Virus record (IMG/VR): IMGVR_UViG_3300029595_000010
Coordinates: 1-46,136 of that record
Source: a virus
Length of the DNA stretch: 46,136 nucleotides
Direction: 5' to 3' (one strand)
This document shows positions 1-6,553 of the stretch, in pieces. The translations under genes and the position numbers were made by a program. The notes beneath the pieces are model-generated. The model was not told the origin of the DNA and made no database searches. It saw only the letters and a program-made list of their open reading frames with translations. Every line of letters begins with the position of its first letter. Position 1 is the stretch's first letter.

Positions 1-99
1 CCGTGGCGGAGGCCGCGCCCCGATCGCCTGTGGCGGAGGCCGCGCCCTGATCGCCCGTGGCGGAGGCCGCGCCCTGATTGCCCGTGGCGGAGGCCGCGC
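1..99. repeat. Terminal direct repeat, left copy (circularisation/assembly overlap)
   Basis: Exact 99-nt match to 46038-46136, read by eye. Confidence 0.9.
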
Positions 100-305
100 C
101 CCGATAGCCCGTGGCGGAGGCCGCGCCCTGATCGCCTGTGGCGGAGGCCGCGCCCTGATTGTCCGTGGCGGAGGCCGCGCCCTGATTGCCCGTGGCGGAG
201 GCCGCGCCCCGATAGCCCGTGGCGGAGGCCGCGCCCCGATAGCCCGTGGCGGAGGCCGCGCCCTGATCGCCCGTGGCGGAGGCCGCGCCCCGATTGCCCG
301 TGGCA
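1..305 (-). repeat. 27-bp tandem repeat array, left part (11 units), coding
   Basis: Invariant 17-nt core gtggcggaggccgcgcc plus a 10-nt segment c[c/t]gat[c/t/a]g[c/t]c[c/t]; period 27. Confidence 0.95.
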
Positions 306-664
306 TGATTCTTTTTTCCGGCGTTTGCGCGCTTGATCGCGTCCTCAAATCCGATTTGGTTTTTGATATATTCGATCTGCGCTTTCACGAGGCCGGGAAC
401 GCCAATCTCAGCCTTCAGTATCATTTTCTTCGCAACAATCTTGCTATCCGATGATTCACGTTCGGCAGATACCTCTTCTGCCTCTGCCTCAAAGTACCGG
501 CTTGCATTCGGTGCGTAGTGGTTCAGCACATCGATAGGCTGCTCGCACGCGTGCAAACCTGCTTTGCATAGGTTCGGTTCACCGTCAAAAACAGCGGTTT
601 CGCCCAGCGTGTATTGCATTCCACGGCATTTCATTTGCCTGTCTGTCCCTTTGTAAACTTTCAT
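1..664 (-). CDS. N-terminal part of the nonapeptide-repeat protein (gene split by contig linearisation; continues 46037->45589). Resembles the prophage family I recall as DUF7666
   Basis: ATG 664-662 preceded by AAGGAGG. Translates MKVYKGTDRQMKCRGMQYTLGETAVFDGEPNLCKAGLHACEQPIDVLNHY..., then ATG[NDY][RQ]GAAS repeats. Open to position 1. Confidence 0.8.
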   Translation of the reverse strand, partial: MKVYKGTDRQMKCRGMQYTLGETAVFDGEPNLCKAGLHACEQPIDVLNHYAPNASRYFEAEAEEVSAERESSDSKIVAKKMILKAEIGVPGLVKAQIEYIKNQIGFEDAIKRANAGKKNHATGNRGAASATGDQGAASATGYRGAASATGYRGAASATGNQGAASATDNQGAASATGDQGAASATGYRGAASATGNQGAASATGDQGAASATGDRGAASAT

Positions 665-673
665 GTTTCCTCC

Positions 674-895
674 TTATGCCGTTTTCTGCTCAAATCCCAG
701 CGCCCCGGCCAGTTCCGATTCGCTGTACTCATCCTGCACATAGTCCCCGAAGCACTCCGTATGTACCAGCACTCCGTTGCAGCAGAAGCGCTCAGTACCT
801 TCATAGATGTCTTCCCGGCAGTATGCGCACTTGCCGACGATTACCGGCTCCGGCTCGTCGATGCCGAGATAGAGGTTCTCACCATCGTATCCCAC
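674..895 (-). CDS. Small Cys-rich hypothetical early protein (73 aa, GTG start)
   Basis: ORF track 674..949 trimmed to a GTG 9 nt after AAGGAGG; CxxC...CC...C pattern. Confidence 0.5.
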   Translation of the reverse strand: MGYDGENLYLGIDEPEPVIVGKCAYCREDIYEGTERFCCNGVLVHTECFGDYVQDEYSESELAGALGFEQKTA

Positions 896-1229
896 GGCGT
901 TTCGCCTCCTTTTCCAAGAGCTTTTCGCACAGGCTCTGCACGCTTGCACAGTGCATAGCCTCGCAGAGCTGCTGCAGAACTTCTGCGCCGCCGTCCGTCA
1001 GCCGGAAATAATACCGGTTCACCTTCCGGCGCTTATCGCTGCGGTTCTTCGGCGCGTCCATCGCCTTGATCGCCGCAGCTGCGTCGGGTTCTAGCCTGAC
1101 ACCGTATTTCTCCGGGTGTTCGCATTGCGAAAGCAGAACCTTATTAAACTTCGGGTAGTCGGCCCGATGTACCGCGTCGACGCAGGCTTTCGCACCATGC
1201 CGGACGCGGGAATCCGTTAAACTTGACAT
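879..1229 (-). CDS. Hypothetical early protein (116 aa)
   Basis: ORF track; ATG with GAAAGGAA upstream; lies in the co-directional early operon. Confidence 0.6.
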   Translation of the reverse strand: MSSLTDSRVRHGAKACVDAVHRADYPKFNKVLLSQCEHPEKYGVRLEPDAAAAIKAMDAPKNRSDKRRKVNRYYFRLTDGGAEVLQQLCEAMHCASVQSLCEKLLEKEAKRRGIRW

Positions 1230-1313
1230 ATGTTCCTTTCTGCCCTATAATGAGGGCGACAATCGTTTTCCTTTCGGCCTCTGTCGCGTTGCCGCGCGGC
1301 AGGGGTCATTTCT

Positions 1314-1559
1314 TTATGCCAGCCCATACAAGAGTGTCACGAGCGCGACGAAGCCGGTCACGACGCATTCATACGTCATTGCGGCTGTCCCTGCCATTGC
1401 TGACAGGATCATCGCCGCGCCGCTCACCCAAAGGCACAGGCCCTTGACGATCCGCCGCGCCGCCTTGCGGGCCTCCGCTTCTTCCCGCAGCCGCTCCCGG
1501 CGCTCCTCAGTCGTTTCCTCCGGCTCATACCCGAGCCGCTCTGCAAGATTGGTTCTCAT
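1314..1559 (-). CDS. Small membrane protein, two hydrophobic helices (81 aa)
   Basis: ATGA overlap with the upstream gene, GGAGGAAGGAG RBS; hydrophobic runs LCLWVSGAAMILSAMAG and VVTGFVALVTLLYGL. Confidence 0.6.
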   Translation of the reverse strand: MRTNLAERLGYEPEETTEERRERLREEAEARKAARRIVKGLCLWVSGAAMILSAMAGTAAMTYECVVTGFVALVTLLYGLA

Positions 1560-1780
1560 TCTGCTAACTCCTTCCTCCATACCGGGCTGTCCTCTCGGTT
1601 CACGCAGTAGCGCATGGTTTCCTTGAATTCCTCTCCTATTCCCCGCTGGCAGAACGCGGCATAAAATATGTTCAGGATTCGCGCGGCAGCAGCGCTCAGT
1701 TCCAGCGCGCTGCCGGATAGCACAGATACCGTTTTTTTGCCGTCCATGCCGATCTCGACGTGTACCTTCCCGTTATCCAT
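1556..1780 (-). CDS. Hypothetical early protein (74 aa)
   Basis: ORF track; overlaps the stop of the upstream gene; AAGGAGAAAACC RBS. Confidence 0.6.
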   Translation of the reverse strand: MDNGKVHVEIGMDGKKTVSVLSGSALELSAAAARILNIFYAAFCQRGIGEEFKETMRYCVNREDSPVWRKELAE

Positions 1781-1991
1781 TGGTTTTCTCCTTCGCCTCC
1801 TGCATCCGCCTGACGAGCCGCGCCAGACGGGCGTTTTGTGTAACGAGCTTCTGCGCGTCCAGATCCAGTCCCTTTCGCTTCAGCCCGCCGATGATCTGCG
1901 CTACCTGGCACTCACACACCAGCGCCGCCTCAATCAGATCATGCAGCTCCTGCGCATCCAGCGTCAGGGTGTAGGTCTTCACTTCCGCCAT
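1773..1991 (-). CDS. Hypothetical early protein (72 aa)
   Basis: ORF track 1773..2045 trimmed to the ATG after GAAGGAGG (MAEVKTYTLTLD...). Confidence 0.6.
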   Translation of the reverse strand: MAEVKTYTLTLDAQELHDLIEAALVCECQVAQIIGGLKRKGLDLDAQKLVTQNARLARLVRRMQEAKEKTNG

Positions 1992-2383
1992 GTTGCATCC
2001 TCCTTCTGTCCTCTCCTTTTTCGATTTCTGTTCGTTGCTTCGCAATTCGTTGCCGCTGCTTGGCGTTGCCCTGCTTGGCCTTTCCCCTGCTTTGCATTCG
2101 TTGCTGCGCCGTAGCTGCGCGTAGCCTTCGATGATTTGCCATGCCCCTGCATTGCTGGGCTATTCATTCCTTGCCTTTGCCGTTCTTTGCCACACTAAGC
2201 CAAGCCATTGCAGTTCATTGTATTCCTGAGCGTTTCCATGCTTTTCCTTTGCTGCGCCTATCACCGCTAAACACTGCCGTTGCGCATCTACGCCCATCGG
2301 TACGAAGCAATTCCGTTGCCGTTCACCGCTGCTCTCAGCGACGCGCTTCCCTCGCAAGTCCCTGCGTGGCCTCACCCTTGCAC
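1992..2383 (-). other. About 390-nt untranslated, T-poor spacer with six GCAACG repeats (iteron-like; possible origin or ncRNA)
   Basis: CGTTGC on the plus strand at 2033, 2048, 2064, 2099, 2278 and 2314. ORFs listed here are low-complexity K/Q/R/G strings in several frames. Confidence 0.5.
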
Positions 2384-2971
2384 TTAACCATTCAGAACCT
2401 CGTAGGTAAATCTGCCCTTGCCGGAGTTCCGCCACTGGCCGATGCCGCGTAGGCGGCCATACTCCAGCCATTCCAGGACTGCTTCCTTGTGCGCCTTTTC
2501 GTCGAGCATCACGATTTCAAACTCGATCGTGCTGCCTGCCGGGATTTCCTCCGAGTTTGCAAGGCTTATACGCTCGCCCTGTGCGGTCTGCGCACGAAGC
2601 GGTCTCTGGCATTCGCCGACCTCACCGTTGACCTCAATGGGAATCATGCGCGGCTCTACAAAGATCAGGCCGTCGATGATCTTCTTATAGGCTTTCAGGG
2701 CGCTGGATTTCTTGGATTTCACGCGTGCCAGCATACCGCAGGCGTCTTTGAAAAAGCCTTTGATCTGATAATCGTACAGAATCGGCTGTCCGTCGGTACG
2801 CGGGAAAACGGTTTTTCCCTTTTCGGCGACAGCGTCCGCGCCGAGCGCTGCGATCTCATCCTCAATCGTGCTTGCGTCCGGGGCCTTGCTTGCGATAAAG
2901 TCACGCGCAATGTTCTCGTTGCTCGGCCATGTGCCAAGAACCGGCTCCAAAAATGTTAATCTGACTTTCAT
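2384..2971 (-). CDS. Early protein (195 aa) with a RAMP/Cas6-like C-terminal glycine-rich loop; function unknown
   Basis: GAGGAGG RBS; C-terminus ...EYGRLRGIGQWRNSGKGRFTYEV fits GhGxxxxxGxG; internal ILYDYQIKGFFKDA. Confidence 0.8.
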   Translation of the reverse strand: MKVRLTFLEPVLGTWPSNENIARDFIASKAPDASTIEDEIAALGADAVAEKGKTVFPRTDGQPILYDYQIKGFFKDACGMLARVKSKKSSALKAYKKIIDGLIFVEPRMIPIEVNGEVGECQRPLRAQTAQGERISLANSEEIPAGSTIEFEIVMLDEKAHKEAVLEWLEYGRLRGIGQWRNSGKGRFTYEVLNG

Positions 2972-2981
2972 TTGTTCCTCC

Positions 2982-3182
2982 TCATGCTCCGAGAAACCGC
3001 AAAAACGGCTCTCTCGGGATCTTCACTCTGTGCTCGCTTGTGCAGCAGACCGGGAATCCAAGCTTTTCAGGCTGTTCCCTCGCCATCAAGCGAAGCCATT
3101 GCGGGGTACAGCCGAGCACCTGCGCCGCCTCGCTTGCGAGGATTGTGGGCTTTGACATTGCCCGGATATCGTCCAGCGTCAT
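2982..3182 (-). CDS. Excisionase-family/MerR-like HTH protein (66 aa); candidate Xis or early regulator
   Basis: ATGA overlap with the Cro-like gene; LASEAAQVLGCTPQWLRLMAREQ...VKIPREPFLRFL resembles HTH_17. Confidence 0.65.
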   Translation of the reverse strand: MTLDDIRAMSKPTILASEAAQVLGCTPQWLRLMAREQPEKLGFPVCCTSEHRVKIPREPFLRFLGA

Positions 3183-3388
3183 TTTTCCTCCTTTCTGCTT
3201 CCCTCAATTGCCTCGTCCAGCTCCTGCGGCGTGCAGCCGTAGAGACGGACGAGCTTTTTCTTGTACTTCCGGGCGATTCCGTTTTTACCGAGCTCCCAAT
3301 TCGAGACGGCGATGATCGAGACATCAGCTCGCCTTGCAACATCTTTTTGCAGAAGCCCAGCCCGCGCCCGAAGCTCTTTCAATGTCAA
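3179..3388 (-). CDS. Cro-like XRE-family HTH regulator (69 aa, TTG start)
   Basis: C-terminal part of ORF 3179..3946. GGAGG sits 9 nt before the TTG. LKELRARAGLLQKDVARRADVSIIAVSNWELGKN is a classic XRE HTH. Confidence 0.65.
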   Translation of the reverse strand: MTLKELRARAGLLQKDVARRADVSIIAVSNWELGKNGIARKYKKKLVRLYGCTPQELDEAIEGSRKEEK

Positions 3389-3421
3389 GCGCTCATTCCT
3401 CCATTCCTTAATTAAGTTTTG

Positions 3422-3451
3422 TTGACCGCAGCGCCCCAGACGTGCTATACT
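3422..3451 (+). promoter_or_regulatory. Candidate sigma-A promoter TTGACC-18-TATACT in the switch region
   Basis: Hexamers read directly; back-to-back with the Cro-like gene. Confidence 0.4.
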
Positions 3452-3490
3452 GTCCTTAGCCCTTTTAGGTAAATTTGGGAGGTGGTTTTC

Positions 3491-3547
3491 ATGACCAAAC
3501 TTTTGAACTTGCCAGTTCCAGACCAAAGAAACGGCGTGATGCGTTAG
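3491..3547 (+). CDS. 18-codon mini-ORF (MTKLLNLPVPDQRNGVMR) with a strong RBS
   Basis: GGGAGGTGG 5 nt upstream of the ATG; too short for the ORF track. Confidence 0.3.
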   Translation: MTKLLNLPVPDQRNGVMR

Positions 3548-3788
3548 GGCAAGGGGCAGCGCCAGAACTGCCAAAGTGAGCGGCGCGTCCATAGAAGCGC
3601 AAGTTCGTTTTGTGTCAGGATGGCATTGCCGAGCCGGTGGAAAGAACTCTACCAATTCGGACGGATGCGAAGTAATGCAGACGACCATCCTGTGCAGCGC
3701 GTTCTGGTAAACAACTCTGGGGAAACCCGCTCGTGAACGAACCACGGGCGGCTTTTCTTTACGCCGCAGCCAAATTAAGAGCTTTATC

Positions 3789-3817
3789 TTGACAAAGCCA
3801 TGTATAGCCGTTATTAT
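3789..3817 (+). promoter_or_regulatory. Near-consensus sigma-A promoter TTGACA-17-TATTAT reading into the cargo/lysogeny genes
   Basis: Hexamers and 17-nt spacer read directly. Confidence 0.6.
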
Positions 3818-3999
3818 GTAAGTGTCAGCCAACAAAATATTGTCCATACGCCCGCAAAACGAAGATTCGGATGGGGATTGGTTTTTTGTTGCCTTGATTA
3901 AGCTCTGTAAGCATATTATATACAACGTTATGTCGTATGTCAACAATACTTACGATGAAATGTTGTACAAATTGGATTGACTTTTTTTGTGAGGTTTTT

Positions 4000-4614
4000 A
4001 TGTGGTTTCTAAAAAAGCAAAAAAGCGTCATGCGCCAAGCTTCATCCAAAGACAAGCGCCCCACCATAAACAGCCCCAGCAAAAGCCAATCGGATATGTT
4101 AGAGCAATACATGATGATTGAAAAAGAAATCCGTCCAATAGAAAGTTATATGGCAAATTGCGCCGTTTCGTTGAATGCAAAGCTTCTACTGAACGAGAGA
4201 ATTGAAACATTGCAAAAGCTTATTGATGCATTTTACAGTCTTAAATCGAAATGCTATTCTCTTGGCCCAGAATACCAAACTTATTTTTCTGAGATGTGGG
4301 AACACGCTCACAATTCAAAAGATGCAGATTTTTGTTATGTTGATCGCTTTGAATGCGAGTTAAAAGAGTTGCTTAAAAACAAAGACCAATTATCCGCAAA
4401 AGAATCTTTATATATTTCACAAACCAACAATTTAAAGTCAAAAATTGAGAGCGTTCTTTCGGAAATCCATTCTATTCTTCAAACGGATTTGTATAAACGC
4501 TTTGATCCTGTCGTTCAAAACGACATATCAACAATTTTGTACTTCATGGCTAAAGACGGGACAATAACGCGCACTAAGCATGGGCGTACATATCTAATCG
4601 AATATAAGGGGTAG
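4000..4614 (+). CDS. AT-rich cargo protein of unknown function (204 aa)
   Basis: ORF track 3937..4614 trimmed to the ATG 5 nt after GAGG. No family recognised. C-terminal ~50 aa may be a winged helix (guess only). Confidence 0.65.
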   Translation: MWFLKKQKSVMRQASSKDKRPTINSPSKSQSDMLEQYMMIEKEIRPIESYMANCAVSLNAKLLLNERIETLQKLIDAFYSLKSKCYSLGPEYQTYFSEMWEHAHNSKDADFCYVDRFECELKELLKNKDQLSAKESLYISQTNNLKSKIESVLSEIHSILQTDLYKRFDPVVQNDISTILYFMAKDGTITRTKHGRTYLIEYKG

Positions 4615-4618
4615 CAAA

Positions 4619-5035
4619 ATGTCTAAACGTCTTGTTGTCACGCCAAATATTGAAGAAGTAAATTCTCTCGTAGAGGGGAAAGGATGGAGCAAAGCATACT
4701 TTTCCGAAACAGTTATGAAAAAATCTCGCGGGTGGATTACGGAATGGAAGCGTGCGAAGAACTTTCCCTCCCCCGAAGAAGCTGTCCGTATGTGCGTCAT
4801 GCTGCAAACCACGCCGGAGGAGATTCTGACGGAGCAGGCCGACATTGAGCTTGTGCGCGGGCTGCTGGAGCAGGAACGCGAAAAGGGCATAAAAAAAGAC
4901 CCCATCCCGAAGGATGGGGCGGTGAGTCCTGCCGCGCAGGAGATATTAGACTTTCTGGATTCTGCGTCCGGCGAAGAACTCGCTGACGTGATCAAATATA
5001 TCCGGTATTTGAAAAGCCAGAGGGGGCAAGCATGA
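4619..5035 (+). CDS. XRE-like HTH protein (138 aa); best cI-type repressor candidate; no S24 peptidase domain
   Basis: Starts 4 nt after the upstream gene; KGWSKAYFSETVMKKSRGWITEWKRAKNFPSPEEAVRMCVMLQTTPEEIL. Confidence 0.65.
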   Translation: MSKRLVVTPNIEEVNSLVEGKGWSKAYFSETVMKKSRGWITEWKRAKNFPSPEEAVRMCVMLQTTPEEILTEQADIELVRGLLEQEREKGIKKDPIPKDGAVSPAAQEILDFLDSASGEELADVIKYIRYLKSQRGQA

Positions 5036-5115
5036 AAATCCCGTCTTTTTCAGATTTCAAAGCGCAGCTCGACATCGAGCCGCAGCATATGACTTTGAAA
5101 ATGCGTTAACTGCAT

Positions 5116-5271
5116 TTACTGCGGGCAATTCTCTCCCGTTTTCTGCGGAGCAGGTGTCTGCTCTTGCGTCGTGCTCTGTCGCCGTTTCTCTCGCTCTTTT
5201 GCAACAATATCATACATGGCTTTCCGAAACGCTTCAGTCATTACATGAATCGGAGTGAACGGCTTACTCAT
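5116..5271 (-). CDS. Small ORF (51 aa) antisense to the island genes
   Basis: GGAGGG RBS; ATG overlaps the stop of the upstream small ORF; not in the ORF track (<60 aa). Confidence 0.35.
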   Translation of the reverse strand: MSKPFTPIHVMTEAFRKAMYDIVAKEREKRRQSTTQEQTPAPQKTGENCPQ

Positions 5272-5407
5272 GCATACCCTCCTTAATCATTCTCAAAAGT
5301 TCTTCCTGTTCTTCAACCGAAAGTTCTAACACGATCCGCTTTAGCTGCGCGCGAATCTTCTCTATCTGGATGCTATCATAGCACACTTCCTGTAAATTTT
5401 CCAGCAT
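5264..5407 (-). CDS. Small ORF (47 aa)
   Basis: AAGGAG 6 nt before the ATG; MLENLQEVCYDSIQIEKIRAQLKRIVLELSVEEQEELLRMIKEGMHE. Confidence 0.35.
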   Translation of the reverse strand: MLENLQEVCYDSIQIEKIRAQLKRIVLELSVEEQEELLRMIKEGMHE

Positions 5408-5480
5408 TGCAAGCTCCTTCTCCAAATATCCAAATTCATGCTATTGATTATTGCTATGACTTTATCATGAGGTGAACAAC

Positions 5481-6023
5481 ATGGCTCTTGTAGAGTGTTC
5501 TGAATGTGGTGCAAAAATATCCGACTTGGCATCTTCCTGTCCACATTGCGGTTGTCCTGCCTCAAGCCGGCGAAGACGTGGGATGATTCACTTCATGTGG
5601 CAAGGGCAGCGCGGGGGAAGCCTTAGAAAAACGAAAATAATTGTAGACAGAATAGAACGGGCAACCGTTCGTTGCGGCGAGTCTTTTTCTGTTGAGGTCA
5701 ACGCCGGAAAACACGAAATAGATTTGTATCAAGGAAGCAGAAAGCTGCTTCACACGGTTGTTGCTGTTTGTGGTGTTGAAAATGACGCTTATGTTGTTTT
5801 TAAGGAAACGATGGGATTTTCTCACGCGAAATTAAAGCTGGTAGAGGACACGACTGTGTTTGCAGACAATATAAACAATGCTCCACATTGTCCAACTTGC
5901 GGAAGCACCCGCGTGAAAAAGATTGCATATGCAAAAAGAAACTTATCAATAGGCGCATGGGGATTGAGAAGCAATTTGATAAACAAAACATATGAGTGTG
6001 AAAACTGTAAATACACATGGTGA
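5481..6023 (+). CDS. Double zinc-ribbon protein (180 aa), function unknown
   Basis: N-terminal CSECG...CPHCGC and C-terminal CPTCG...CENC; GAGGTG RBS. Confidence 0.7.
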   Translation: MALVECSECGAKISDLASSCPHCGCPASSRRRRGMIHFMWQGQRGGSLRKTKIIVDRIERATVRCGESFSVEVNAGKHEIDLYQGSRKLLHTVVAVCGVENDAYVVFKETMGFSHAKLKLVEDTTVFADNINNAPHCPTCGSTRVKKIAYAKRNLSIGAWGLRSNLINKTYECENCKYTW

Positions 6024-6026
6024 TTT

Positions 6027-6209
6027 CTAGTTCAGGATCCTCGGCTCCCGCCGCTCGTCCTGATCTCGGCCTACGTCCGCGACGCAGGAAAACAGGAGCG
6101 GAATACCCTTGATGTAGTCCACGCTGACGCTATGCACATCTGTCAGCTTCGCACCGTCTACTGTTACGTCCACTTTCCCGTTGTTTACCCGGATATTGAT
6201 GCACTCCAT
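6027..6209 (-). CDS. 60-aa protein behind a LexA-box promoter; candidate SOS-induced antirepressor/inducer
   Basis: ORF track 6027..6227 trimmed to the ATG 7 nt after AGGAGG (MECINIRVNNGKV...). Confidence 0.6.
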   Translation of the reverse strand: MECINIRVNNGKVDVTVDGAKLTDVHSVSVDYIKGIPLLFSCVADVGRDQDERREPRILN

Positions 6210-6229
6210 ATTTTTTCCTCCTGACATTT

Positions 6230-6257
6230 ATTATAGAACGATTGTTCTAAAAATCAA
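6230..6257 (-). promoter_or_regulatory. Sigma-A promoter TTGATT-16-TATAAT (minus strand)
   Basis: Read directly on the reverse complement, about 20 nt upstream of the AGGAGG RBS. Confidence 0.6.
6235..6248. promoter_or_regulatory. LexA (Cheo-type SOS) box AGAACGATTGTTCT
   Basis: Perfect GAAC-N4-GTTC core inside the promoter spacer. Confidence 0.55.
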
Positions 6258-6553
6258 CATGGCATTATAAACAAACAGACCGCGTTATTTTTGGGAATCA
6301 GGAACCAGATGGTGTACAGGTTATGGGACTGATGATTTGATATAATATTTGGTTTGACCGGCCCCATCGTATCTGGAACATACGGTGGGGCCATTTCAGC
6401 AGATGCCGAATTCAGGAACTATCTGCTACGTTTTCATTGTACCAGATAATGTTTGTAAGAAAAGGGCGAATCCTGCGTTCTTGTCACATGTTTTGCATTT
6501 TTATATGGAAAATGTAAGAAATAAAACTGAAACTTACGAATGGAGGCGTAATC

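Noticed and set aside
1-305. 27-bp repeats as a CRISPR array
   Set aside because: There are no unique spacers. The units are contiguous, lie in one open frame continuous with flanking coding sequence, and differ at only 3-4 positions.
1-305. Collagen-like (G-X-Y) protein
   Set aside because: The 9-aa unit is GXY-GAA-SAT, so every third triplet starts with Ser, not Gly. It is not a canonical collagen triple-helix repeat.
1556-1780. Paralogy between the 74-aa early protein and the SOS-box 60-aa protein (NGKV.V...DG.K)
   Set aside because: The similarity is limited to about 12 residues, too weak to assert without an alignment statistic.
1939-2471. Overlapping ORFs 1939..2142, 1979..2167, 2141..2452, 2160..2471
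   Set aside because: They are low-complexity translations of the GCAACG/GGA-rich spacer in several frames. They have no RBS and are mutually overlapping.
3617-3693. tRNA-like element (GCCGAGCCGGTGGAAAG resembles a class II D-arm)
   Set aside because: No T-loop (TTCRANY) or proper anticodon arm could be folded. Only an 8-bp closing stem is present.
3179-3946. 255-aa ORF as a large repressor
   Set aside because: Only the C-terminal 69 aa look like a protein (XRE HTH, with its own RBS and TTG). The upstream part runs through two plus-strand promoters and an AT-rich region and has an implausible C/W/H-rich composition.
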